Below are positions 12,231 to 23,050 of a stretch of DNA of 64,000 nucleotides, piece by piece. The notes beneath the pieces were generated by a model. It was not told where the DNA came from. It was given only the letters and a program-made list of their open reading frames with translations, and made no database searches. Every line of letters begins with the position of its first letter. Position 1 is the first letter of the stretch. A program made the translations under genes and the position numbers. This DNA is from Bilabrum cf. latius (lineage: Eukaryota): contig OZ237743.1 in NCBI GenBank assembly GCA_965178125.1, forward strand, positions 682,001 to 746,000, given 5' to 3'.

Positions 12231-12398
12231 GGATTTCAAACTGCTCTTAGGAGTATTTTTTTTTTTTAATTTTTTTTTGAGTAGCGCTAATCTCAAAATC
12301 TCAGTTTTTTGACATTTTGCGATTATTCTGAACATTTTTCATTTTTTTCTGATCATAACCAAATAAATGAAAATGAAATCATCTGATGTTGTTTTTAA

Positions 12399-12662
12399 AT
12401 GACAGACAAACAACAGTTAGATACATTCAACAAATACTTTCAACCCTCGTTATCATCCGTTCTAATTTGGAGCGAGGTGCGAGAGAGGTTTAAACAAGAG
12501 ATGCAAATCTCACCAATGAAACTACGTAAATTCCTAGTAAAGCAAGGATATCAAGTTCTCAGAGCCAGATATGAAGGTAAAATTACAAAGGTAGTTAGAG
12601 GAATTGAAATAAGGAAACTAAATTTAAATAACTATTCATAGTTATGGCTCATGGCTTTTTAA
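12399..12662 (+). CDS. Stand-alone winged-helix protein resembling the C-terminal DNA-binding domain of D5-like primases, 87 aa
   Basis: Pattern YFQP..V...EV...F..ISPMKLRKFL..QGY..RARYEGK..KVVRGI; extends through TAG to TAA12662. Confidence 0.55.
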
Positions 12663-12721
12663 ACTGGATATCATTTAAAAAAGAAATCATTTAAGATTAA
12701 TTTGTTTATTATAATATATAT

Positions 12722-13231
12722 ATGGAAAGAAGCGACTCCGATGAATCAATTCCAGAGGATTTCGATACACGATTAACTATTCAAAACAAAAATTGTTTGC
12801 TAGAAGCTGTTTCTGCTAATCTGATATTTGAAATCGATAAATCAGCAGTTCATCGCATCGGCACTCTATACAACGAACGTGTTGATGAAGGTACTGTACC
12901 AACTGGAATCCATTGGTCACCATTGTTGGTTCATGTTACAACTCTTGAAAATAAATATGAGAGTAAACTCCTTCCTTATCCAGATGATTTACTTGATAAA
13001 ATTGTCTACCCTGAAAAATAGATCAGGCTTAAATCATTCGATACCCTAAAATCATTCAATAGCAATAAGGAAGGCGGATTTACCACACGTTACTTACTCG
13101 ATTGTATTTTGGAACTCGAACAAGAGGCTAGATTGAAATCCAAATGGTTTGGTGGTGTTGATATCCATCATCAGTATTTTGAAGGATTGTATCCTAGAAA
13201 TGGATACTGGTACGTTAATTGGGGATCATGA
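12722..13231 (+). CDS. Hypothetical protein, 169 aa, with C-terminal HQYFEGL...YVNWGS motif
   Basis: Track ORF extends through TAG13019 to TGA13231. Confidence 0.75.
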
Positions 13232-13296
13232 CTGAACAACTGGATATCATTTTAATCTTAAATGATTTAAGATTAATTTGATTTATTATATATATA

Positions 13297-13596
13297 ATGG
13301 CGAAAGGAACTCATAACATAATTTTAACAGTAACGGATTTACAAGGCGATTAGCATACATATTTGGTTTACAATATCAATAAGGCTATGGAATTGCTAGA
13401 GCAACAGTATCCAGATGTGCTAAACCAACATCCTGTATCTCGATTGATTTTAAACCAACTTAAGTTGGGCAAATACCCTCATTCAATCACTAATTACAAG
13501 GTTGAATAGCGACCCAAGTATTTAGCAAGCTTACCCAAAGCAATCGATTGGGTGCCTTTACATAAACAAAACGTGTTTGTGCCTATTCAAGATTAA
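13297..13596 (+). CDS. Hypothetical protein, 99 aa
   Basis: ATG right after the repeat, 2 TAG, TAA at the start of the next repeat; absent from the ORF track. Confidence 0.7.
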
Positions 13597-13651
13597 TGAT
13601 AAATCATTTCATTGGTAAATGATTTAAGATTAAAATGTTATACAATATTAA

Positions 13652-14206
13652 ATGGATAAAAATTGGCATCGCATATAGTCGAAACGTGCTCGTTACTTAG
13701 AGCGAAAGGAGCGAAAAAAGCGAAAAAAGCAACAGTTATTGAATCGAGAGTGGTATGAACATGGTTTCGAACTTATAGATACGAAAGAATCAGCAAATAA
13801 ATTTGCTAAATGCTTAGAAAACCCAAGAATGCAATATGCTATATTATATACTTTTGATATGGAAGAAATAACTAAGCTGACTATATCTTTTAACACAATG
13901 AATGTTTATGCTATATTAGAATTTGACGATAGTCACAGTTGTACCTTACTGTTTGATCCTGTGTTTTTGTGTGATGATGAGTATTTGAATGATAGAATTT
14001 ATAGGTTAATAATGCAAAAAATATACTCTGAATAGTTGTTAATTTCCAAATGGAAACCCTACAACGAACTGTTAAACAAGCAACGTGGTTATCAAACTCG
14101 AATGCAAACTAGATAGATTAAACAGGAATTAATGGCAAAAGCATGGCATCCCAATAGAGTAGTAGATTGGTGCTTAACAACTGATGAACGGGATGATTGG
14201 AATTAA
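13652..14206 (+). CDS. Hypothetical protein, 184 aa, with giant-virus-type C-terminal IKQELMAKAWHPNRV motif
   Basis: ATG13652, 3 TAG, TAA14206; exactly fills the space between two repeats. Confidence 0.75.
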
Positions 14207-14261
14207 TGATAAATCATTTCATTGGCAAATGATTTAAGATTAAAATGTTATATAGTTATAT

Positions 14262-14768
14262 ATGGGATACAATATAACGATTTATGAAAACAAAACAGGT
14301 ACAAAGATGAAAGGAATGTATTTGAGAGACACTGTGTATGAAACTTTGATCACAATATTCATGGATGAGTGTGATGGAGTTGGATGGCATGGATATCCGG
14401 ATGTTGGAAGGAGGGTATCGTGCCGAAAACTAAAGATGTTTTCAGAGCAACTAGAAACACTGAAAGAGTATATTGATCAAAACAAAAGTTACATAAAGCC
14501 CTGGATTGAGAAACCAAAGTATAGTTGTATAACACCGTTACCAGAAATGAGTGTGGATGAATATGATAGATGTGTAGAAGAAGATTTAGAATGCTAGTGG
14601 CACGATAAAGTAGATGATTACAGCGACCAATTCAAAACATTTGGAAAGTTTATACGATCAGTGGCAGATACTGATCACTTTTTCGAGGTACATTCAAAAC
14701 GCTAGAAATTTGCAAGAGATCCTGGGAATGGCATAGTAAGAATGATGAAGAAATTAAAGGGATTATAA
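14262..14768 (+). CDS. Hypothetical protein, 168 aa
   Basis: Track ORF extends through 2 TAG to TAA14768, at the next repeat. Confidence 0.75.
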
Positions 14769-14821
14769 ATATATCATTTCATTGGTAAATGATTTAAGAT
14801 TAAAATGTTATACAATAATAT

Positions 14822-15391
14822 ATGAACAATTTAAAATGTTGTATTTGTTTGAATGAGATAACGGATCATAGGTATTACCATAAAGGGTGTTGTGGAGAAG
14901 GCACTATTTGTAATAGTTGTATGGAAACTATGCCACCGCAGGAAAAATGCCCGACTTGCAGATAGCCGTGGATTGAACCTGAACCTGAACCACAACCACA
15001 ACCACAACCAGTTCTGTAGCGGAATCAAACCAATAATGCGTCAACGCAGATAAATTTAACTAAGGAGTTTGTAGATAGAGTGGGATATAGTGAATGGATG
15101 CGTGAGGAGTTACAACGAAAGGCAGATGAAATGTTATACCAAAATGATTTTAATATATATATTGACCAATTAGAAGCAATATACATTAATACACAAACAG
15201 AACGAGTGCATATTTGTAAGATGCGAGAAGGACCATCAATTGATGGTAGTGATTATCTAGCCATTCTGTACATATTTATACTAAAAAAACAATTGAGAAC
15301 TAGCAATCACCCACGCTATAGTGTTCGACAAGATTGTAGAATCACTTGGCGAGAAATTTACGACAAATACAAATGCATAATTGGCGAATGA
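14822..15391 (+). CDS. RING-like zinc-finger protein with PE/PQ linker, 189 aa
   Basis: CCICL..YHKGCC...ICNSC...CPTCR[TAG]P; in frame with track ORF 15080-15391. Confidence 0.8.
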
Positions 15392-15456
15392 TTGGAATTA
15401 ATAATAAATCATTTTTTAAATAAATGATTTAAGATTAAAATGATATATTATAATAT

Positions 15457-15837
15457 ATGAGAACATCAGAATCAGAAATAGAAATAAAAATAAAAAAAGT
15501 ATATGGATGTCACAGTGAAATATGTACAGGATTATCGGCTATAACAGCCATAAGTTTGTTCATGTATTTTTATGGACAAGATGAATACACAACGACAGTA
15601 AAGGTAGGTATTGGAATATTTGGTTTTTTTTCATATTTATATATTTGTATGAGCATTATGTAGTCAATGTTTAGTGTTCGTGCTATTAATGAAGAAATAC
15701 GACCAGAAATTGAGTTGTTGAAAGAACGACTTCAACAATTAGAATCCTCAGGACCAAGACCGATGACAAATGTTCCAAATCAACCAAACATAATAACTAT
15801 TGGATCAACAGCACCAAGACAACAAGAATCAGTATAA
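15457..15837 (+). CDS. Small protein with two predicted TM segments, 126 aa
   Basis: Two hydrophobic stretches; extends through TAG15661 to TAA15837. Confidence 0.7.
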
Positions 15838-15859
15838 AAAAATACAAACATTAATTATA

Positions 15860-16456
15860 ATGCAATGTTGTATTTGTTTATAGGATATAAATGATTGGAA
15901 ATATGTTCATAATGGATGTTGTAAAGATGGCACGTTTTGTAATGAGTGCCATAATTCTTTGGATACAACCAAGTGTCCAGTTTGTAGACAAGTTAATTCA
16001 GCAACTCAACCAATTCTAAGAACTGATAGCCAATCTGTAAGATTGCATTGGAGTTCAAATTATATATTTATATTAAGGGGGAAGTTACATTCAATTGATG
16101 ATTTGCCATCAATTAGGTGGAATAACACGATATGGCGTGACACAACGATGTGGCATAAGTATGGCAAACTTCACAGAGAAAATGGTCCAGCAGTTATTGA
16201 AAAATGGATACTACTGCATCGTACAACTAAAACATGGTACAAAAATGGTAAACGTCACAGAGACGGTGATCTACCAGCAGAAACTATAAATCATCAAGGT
16301 AATGTATCTAAAAAATGGTTCATAAATGGCAAACTTCACAGAGATGATGGTCCAGCAGTTATTAATTTTCATGGAACACAAACATGGTACAAAAATGGTG
16401 TTAAAGGTAAAATTAAACCAGTGTTCGTGAAAAGAAATACACAAAATGCTAGTTAA
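15860..16456 (+). CDS. RING-like finger fused to MORN-variant (WYxNGKxHRxDGPA) repeats, 198 aa
   Basis: ATG15860, CCICL[TAG]..HNGCC..FCNEC..CPVCRQ, followed by repeats. Confidence 0.8.
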
Positions 16457-16544
16457 TTTGAGTTTGAGTTTCTTACAATAGGAAACCCAGAAACAAATGA
16501 TGTTTTTGCAGAAAACATTGCTCGCTGCTGTGACTAGTGATACT

Positions 16545-16580
16545 AGGTATCACCTCGGAATCGAACCGAGATTTGCAGAG
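16545..16580 (-). pseudogene. tRNA 3'-half relic (T-arm CTCGG-TTCGATT-CCGAG)
   Basis: Perfect T-arm preceded by TCTGC-AAAT; no D-arm or 5' acceptor strand. Confidence 0.5.
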
Positions 16581-16617
16581 TGGAACGCAAATTAATTGCT
16601 GTTAGTTTTCTTTGGAT

Positions 16618-16688
16618 GTGGATTATCAGGAATCGAACCTGAATCTCTAGCTAATGAGGCTAGTATGCTACCGTTACAACATAATCCC
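16618..16688 (-). tRNA. tRNA-Met (anticodon CAT)
   Basis: GGGATTA TG TTGT AACGGTA GCAT A CTAGC CTCATTA GCTAG AGAT TCAGG TTCGATT CCTGA TAATCCA C. Anticodon and T stems are perfect; 1:72 mismatch. Confidence 0.8.
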
Positions 16689-16849
16689 ATTGATGAATTT
16701 AATGAGTAAATACTTAGAATCAATGGATTAACAAACAGGTATTTCCATGGTATTTCCTATACTAGTACGATGAAAACTAATTCAAATTTCGAATGACAAG
16801 GAGGAAACGTTTTTAAGATTCATCGCACAAAGTATATTGAGATATTTCT

Positions 16850-17173
16850 TTAAGTAGAAATTAGATTTAATGTATCTAAGATTTGGTTTATCACTTTAAT
16901 TTTGTTTTCGGTATTGAGTGATTGATAAAGGGATGGACCACCAGTGCTAGGCTTAACTGCTTTGTATTTTAGATCAGAGTGATTAGGATCAATATCCATT
17001 AGCTCGAGTTCTTTTTTAAGTAAAGGCAGGTGGAAATCGATGGCATTTTTGCTAATGCGAGATAGTTCTATTCTTTCTATTTCTTCGATTGGAAATTCCA
17101 CACATCCAAGCAATAATCGATCGGATTTCTTATCAAACATGATTTTAAAAGGAAGGAGTTGACTGTATTCCAT
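16850..17173 (-). CDS. Hypothetical protein, 107 aa
   Basis: ATG to TAA; preceded by an inverted copy of the intergenic repeat. Confidence 0.7.
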   Translation of the reverse strand: MEYSQLLPFKIMFDKKSDRLLLGCVEFPIEEIERIELSRISKNAIDFHLPLLKKELELMDIDPNHSDLKYKAVKPSTGGPSLYQSLNTENKIKVINQILDTLNLIST

Positions 17174-17261
17174 ATATTCTAATTAATGTAAATTAGCCTT
17201 AAATCATTTTTTATGTAAATGATTTAATGCATAAATGATATCCAGTTCTTTTAACAGCGCG

Positions 17262-18332
17262 TCATTTTCCCCCTTTCAATCCCATCAGCATGCTTTTTAG
17301 AATAAAACACACCACATTAACCGACATTGCATTTCCAACCTGTTTATATGTCTGTGCTCTACTAACGCAAATTTTAAAATCTGGAGGAAATCCCTGCAAT
17401 CTTAGATATTCTAGGGGTGTTAGTTTGCGCATGAGTGATGTAATAAAAAATGTGCAATTACCACCACCTCCAGCAAGTAAACATGGTGATATTCCCAGCT
17501 AAGCACCTGTTCTTTTGTATGATGATACATTTAAATTCATTACCCAATCATTCTTGATGTTATCAATCAATCCATTGGACAAAGAATCTTTGATTAATTG
17601 GTTCTTGTGTGGTGTGATTTGAAAATAATATGGATCATTAACATTTTGTTCAAGTATTACCTTAATTCCTATGGGTAATTTTATGGGCTCGGGCGGCACA
17701 AATGATCCTTTTGTACCCACTATGTAAACGCGATCTCTGGATTGCGGCAATCCATAATCCAGTGTGTTGTAAACCTAGTGATGAATATAGTATCCTTTTA
17801 ATGCTGAAAGATGATCCATGATTGTTTTAAAAGTTTTGCCTTTATCATGGCTTAACAGTCCTTTAACGTTTTCTAGAATAAACATTTGTGGTTGAGTTTG
17901 TTTTATGGTTTCGTAACAGTGAAAAAACACAGTTCCTCTGTTTTTATTATCGTCAAATCCCTGACGTTTACCCAATGTTGAAAATGATTGGCATGGAAAT
18001 CCGGCACAATATAAATCTAGTTTGGGCAATTTTGAATGATCACGTGTCATTATATTATCATAAAATATGCGCGGTTGGTGGTTGCATTTAATACTGGCTT
18101 TAGCTGATTTATCTATATCTGATGCAAATTCATATTGAAAAGGTACATTCATGATTTTTAAGGAATGAATTGGTGCATCTATGCCACTACAATCGGTACC
18201 AACTTTTAACTTTGGTGTGTTGTTAGTGATTCTATATAAATCATCATTATATATACTTTTAAGATAACTCATGTACTATGGCAACGTGCTAATACGTGTG
18301 TTTTTATACTTCAAATACTATTCATAACTCAT
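17262..18332 (-). CDS. DNA (cytosine-5) methyltransferase, 356 aa
   Basis: Motifs DCSGID, GFPCQSFS, ENVKGL, DYGLPQSRDRVYIVG, RLQGFP and KQVGNAM in one frame through 4 TAG; TGA17262. Confidence 0.93.
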
Positions 18333-18358
18333 ATAATATGATCAATGAAATTTAACTG

Positions 18359-19564
18359 TTATTTTTTCCATGAGAAAGTCCATTTGTCTTTCTTGTCTTT
18401 TTTCCAAACCACATTGTGTCGCTTATCAAATAGCCGTACCATTTTTGGTACATCCAATTCCAAATTTTTCAGGCTATTCCATTCCGGTTTAGAGTATCCT
18501 TTGTATCTAACAATGTATCCCTATTCGCCATCTCGGACACTGGGACGTGTAATGCTACTAAGTTCAAATCGCTCCGCTAATTTACTCTTGTTTTCCACCG
18601 CATTGATTTGTTGCAAATCCTCGTTGCCATACTTGGTTTTAAGTAAGCCTCCCTGGCTATCCTTAACTTGATACTGGAAAGGACTCCAAGGCTATCGTGG
18701 CTTAAACACCTCGGCAACCTGGTATAAATCCTTGGACCAATTTTCCGCACGTTTCTAGTTTTGGTTCTAGACTAATTTAATTCGTACCTGATCGCCAATC
18801 TTGAATTGCTGGGTTGCCAAATCTTGCTTGGATGCTTGTTTGATTTCAGGAGCCTCTTTCATATTTGATTGTTTCCATTCCTCAATCAATTTATCAGGTG
18901 CTTTACCCGTGGTAGTTTGTGGAGTGGAATTGTATGCTTTGAGATATAATGGCAAGTTAACATCCCAATCATTTTCGCCTGTGCTCAGTAAATCGCTTTT
19001 AATAAATCTTTTGAGCGTGCCATTGAATCTTTCAACGAGTCCATTGGTCTAAGGCTTTCCTGCAGTACTCAAAATCTGTTTAATTTTCAAGGATTTTAAA
19101 CGGGCTTTAAATTTCTTGTTGATAAACTCTGAACCGTTATCGCTCTAGATGGATTTGGGTAATTTGGGTAGTTCATCCAGCAAAAGATCTAAACTATCAA
19201 GAACAGTCTTTTCATTTTTATTTTTCATTGGCAAAGCGTATGCTTTTCGGGTATAGGCATCAATCGCAGTTAGTAACCAATTTGCTCCTCTTGCTGTTGT
19301 GCTACTACTCATATCAACTAGATCTATTTGTAGTTTGTTGAATGGTGCTTTGGATCGAGTAGATTTAATACTTTTGGCTTGGCGTGTTGGTTTTTGCATT
19401 TGATACACCTCTTGATTACTCAGCCAAGAGTAGACGGTTCGTCGTGGTAGATCTACACCGAAATCCAAAGCAAGTTTCCAAAAGCGATCCCGTCCAAGAA
19501 AACTCTTTTTATCGTAGTACAAGTGGTTGAGTATTTTTCGCTATTTATCTGTGATACTATTCAT
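18359..19564 (-). CDS. rve (retroviral-type DDE) integrase with C-terminal chromodomain, 401 aa
   Basis: LQIDLVD, I[TAG]SDNGSEF, KP[TAG]TNGLVERFNGTLK and GYIVRYKGYSKPEW; TAA18359. Confidence 0.92.
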
Positions 19565-19702
19565 TATATATTATCATAGATAAATTCCCACTGGTATTTT
19601 AAAAATAAATTTCTCTCTATATAAGTACACAGACAACTGTGATTTTGCGAATAATTCCGTATTAATTTAATTGATATTAATAGGGAATTCTCAGAAATAT
19701 TT

Positions 19703-20113
19703 TTAGACATCTTGTTCTTCTCCATGAATATACCATTCCTTTCGACCATCAGCCCCAATACACGCTGGTCCATCTTCCCTATGGCGTTTTCCTTTGAACA
19801 TCCAGACTTGGGCTCCATTGGGATAAATACACGCTGGTCCATCTTTTCTATGGCGTACGTCATGCCAGTACCATATTTTAGTACCTTCTGAATCTGTGGA
19901 TGCAGGTCCGTCTTTTCTATGGCGTTTTCCTTCCTTATACCAATACTCAGAGCCATCAGGGTTGATAATAGCAGGACCATCTGCTCGGTGGCGTATTCCG
20001 TGAGACCACCATTCCTTTCTACCGTTGACAAATTCAATTGCTGGACCGCCAACTCTATGGAGTCTACCTTTATACCTCCAAATACGACATTGTTCGCCAT
20101 TAATATCTGACAT
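19703..20113 (-). CDS. MORN-variant repeat protein, 136 aa
   Basis: Five W.xG.xHRxDGPA-type repeats. Confidence 0.8.
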   Translation of the reverse strand: MSDINGEQCRIWRYKGRLHRVGGPAIEFVNGRKEWWSHGIRHRADGPAIINPDGSEYWYKEGKRHRKDGPASTDSEGTKIWYWHDVRHRKDGPACIYPNGAQVWMFKGKRHREDGPACIGADGRKEWYIHGEEQDV

Positions 20114-20150
20114 ATATGATTTCTCTATATATTATTATTTTTAACATAAC

Positions 20151-21578
20151 TCATCCATTAGCACGTCTTCGACGTCTTAATCGATCTAATAGTAATTGCT
20201 CATCCTATGCTTTCTAACCTTGCTTGCCAGCACGACGTTCATTAGCATTGATTCTCCTGTGTGCTTTTGGAGCAACTGCTTTTAATCCCTTATCACCAAT
20301 TACTTTGCGTAGTGGTCCAGCTACTAAACCATCAAAAGCTAGTTTACCAACCTCTTGCAGTAAGCCTCCGCCTTTCAAATTACTTGCTTGTTTATCTTGA
20401 GCAACAGGAAACTAAGGTGTGCCTCCTTTGAGTACATTATACGCATCTCGTAAAGCTTCGCCTTGTGTGGCGTTCACGTATGCACGGCGTTTAGCACCAG
20501 CGAGTTGCATGGCACGTTTCTGGATGGAATCGGGTTTGCTGGAGTTTTTCTTGCTTGGTTGCTTAGCACCTCTGCCTTTAACCTCACCACTTGCAGAACC
20601 ACTTGCAGCACCACTTGCACCTTCACTAGAACCACTTGCACCACTAGAACCACTTGCAGAACCACTTGCGCTCTCGCTAGCACCTTGAGCAGCTGCTTTG
20701 CCTTCGGCGCTGCCTTGTTCGGCACTGGCACGTGCTTTAGCTGATACTTTAATTTTCCGTTTTGGTTTGATTGGAATCCTGGATTTTGCCCTAAGAGCTT
20801 TGGTAGATGATGCAATACTTGGTCTGTATATGCCCTAACGATTAGAGGATTCTGTTGGTGCTTTAGACTGTAGGGTGTTGCTATTTGAGAAAAAGCTTGC
20901 TCCATCAACATATTGGGTATCATCATCTGCACTATCATCATCATCATCATCTCCACCTCCATCTTTACCAACATCATCTCCGCCATCGCCGCCTTGTCCA
21001 GCACCGCTAGCCGGTCCGATACCATCATCCAGATCAATGGGATTGATAGATGATGAAGGACCACCAGTTGCACTGCTTTGTGTTCCTCGGCGTCTGAGAT
21101 CGGGATCTTGAACTTTCTTGAGTAAAGCTTGACTGGCAGATTCCATGGCTTCATCGTAGGCAACTTGGGCTAAAGCACCTATACGGTTTGGTTTTAATTT
21201 GTCAACTCGTCGATTTAGGGACTCGATGTATTTGGGATCAACAATATCGTGCATTCCAAGGGTTTCAACGATTTTGGCGGCAATATTTATCATGGAATCC
21301 ATATTTTCATCATCCTCTCGCTCTAATTGAGTCATTAAAGTACTGATTCTGGCTTTTGCCCGGCGATCATCACGCATTTCCTCCTAATTTAGGAAACCTG
21401 CTTGGCGCAACTTCTTAGTTCGCTCGGCACGTTTAAAGGCTTGTACGCGATCCTAGATATCTTGCTGTAGTTCACCGATTCGTTCCTACTCGATTCCTGC
21501 AGAACCAGCGATACTTTGTTGTAATAGTTTAAGGAGCATCAATCGCTCTTGTTCTTGTGTAGAGATATTACTACTCAT
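20151..21578 (-). CDS. Low-complexity putative virion/core protein, 475 aa
   Basis: ATG21578 to TGA20151 through several TAG; D-rich and ASGS repeats, KGG sites, Arg-rich tail. Confidence 0.65.
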
Positions 21579-21620
21579 ATATACTTGGCAAGAAATAATT
21601 TCTCATGTACGTCTATATAT

Positions 21621-22631
21621 ATGAGTTTAAGTACCATGAGATAGGAAAACAGTAATCCAATAGCATATTCACTTTACGGAGATGGAAAGGTGATTTATTT
21701 CATGCCGAAAGTTTATGAAAACGTAAGCGACAGCGATTCTGAAGACTCAGAAGAAGAAACAGTAGATTAGGCTTACCTAAGGTACAAGATCGGCGAACGC
21801 AAGGCTAGAATCGTCAAGAATCAACCAAAGCACTGGGAGGAGTTACGAGATAGGGGTTTTAAAATCTACAAATTTAAAAACTAGAGTGGAAAGATCATCC
21901 CCTTGATGACTAAAGAGAGTCCTCGTTGTTGTATTTACAACTTTGGAATGTCTGGAAGTGGCAAGACGACTCTTGGAATTGAGATATTGCAAACAATGAG
22001 AAACTTAAATCCAAACTTGTAGATTGTAGTAGTAAACGGAAAACCCTAGGAATCTCGATTCAAAGAATTAGGAATGATAGAAGTCCCGATTCATGAACTG
22101 GTTGTTCCAGACGATTCAGCAAGATTATATCGAGATGCAGTAATTGAGTTTAAACATACAAAGAAAGGCATGGATCCAGAACAAAGGATTGAGGGTGAGA
22201 AAGCCTTGGATAGAATGAAAGTTGCCATGAAAAGAGGTGGTAAATATACTTTAACACCGGGATTGCACAAATTACTAGAACGTCCAAGTGTGTTGATGTT
22301 TGATGATATCGAGGGGGAACTAGAATCAAGAGCCATGTTTTTAGCCGAACACTTACTTGTTAAAGGAAGATCCCATGGAGCGAGTGTAATATGGGTTACG
22401 CACTCTCCCAGTGATTACAGAAAAACCCGTTTGTTGCATCGAGAGTGTTAGAGTTATATTATTTACAGATAGACTCCCGAGCGTGATCGCGAATTCATGC
22501 TATGTAAATACTTAAGTTTAAGCAAAAAACAGATTCATCTTTTAGAGGATTAGTTTAAATCCAGTCGATGGATCTATATAGATAAGATTAATAGATACGC
22601 GGTCACTCAAAGCAAGTGCTTCTTGTTTTAA
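21621..22631 (+). CDS. A32/FtsK-HerA family DNA packaging ATPase, 336 aa
   Basis: Walker A GMSGSGKT, Walker B LMFDDIE and KGRSHGASVIWVTH; in frame through multiple TAG. Confidence 0.9.
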
Positions 22632-23006
22632 TTACTCCAATCCGACGTCTTTAAAGTACCCTTTTGGATATTTTAGTAGCAGTTCTTCGCCTTGTTTAAT
22701 ATCCCGAGTTGGCAATAGCCATCGTTGTTTGATTACGCAATTAGGTTGCATATCGGCACTCTTACCAAAGCCCACTCCATTTACAAAGTTAATAATGTGT
22801 GGTAGTTCTCTGGAACAGATCCATTTGCGGAATGGTCTACGCAAACAGCATCTAAAGTTGCCATATTTGAGTCGAATATCAGCAGTGCTCATTTCAATTC
22901 CAAAGAAATAAGCAATAGGTGTGCCTTTAGGGATGCTATGTTTAGCAAATACTCCATAACCAGCAATGGGACTTTTCTTTATTATTACTATATCATTTTG
23001 ATACAT
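22632..23006 (-). CDS. Small SET-domain lysine methyltransferase, 124 aa
   Basis: KSPIAGYGVFAKHSIPKG, NFVN, PNC and RDIKQGEELLLKY. Confidence 0.85.
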   Translation of the reverse strand: MYQNDIVIIKKSPIAGYGVFAKHSIPKGTPIAYFFGIEMSTADIRLKYGNFRCCLRRPFRKWICSRELPHIINFVNGVGFGKSADMQPNCVIKQRWLLPTRDIKQGEELLLKYPKGYFKDVGLE

Positions 23007-23050
23007 ATATGAAATAGTAGTAATTTTATTTCTAGAGTATAGTTTTTAGT

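Larger units (their letters stand above)
12661..17248. promoter_or_regulatory. Seven copies of a ~55-60 bp intergenic repeat (AAATCATTT-n7-8-AAATGATTTAAGATTAA..ATG), each directly upstream of a small gene
   Basis: Copies at ~12661-12721, 13238-13296, 13594-13651, 14204-14261, 14766-14821, 15399-15456 (+) and 17174-17248 (-). Confidence 0.85.

Noticed and set aside
12661-15456. CRISPR array or true integron attC array
   Set aside because: Intervals are 300-600 bp protein-coding genes; there are no attC core sites and no tyrosine recombinase in the window. Kept only as an analogy.
16618-16688. Amber-suppressor tRNA(CUA) explaining the recoding
   Set aside because: CTAG occurs in the anticodon stem, but the loop is CTCATTA, so the anticodon is CAT.
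20474-21163. 229-aa Val/Gln/Met-rich track ORF
   Set aside because: Alternative frame of the repetitive 20151-21578 gene.
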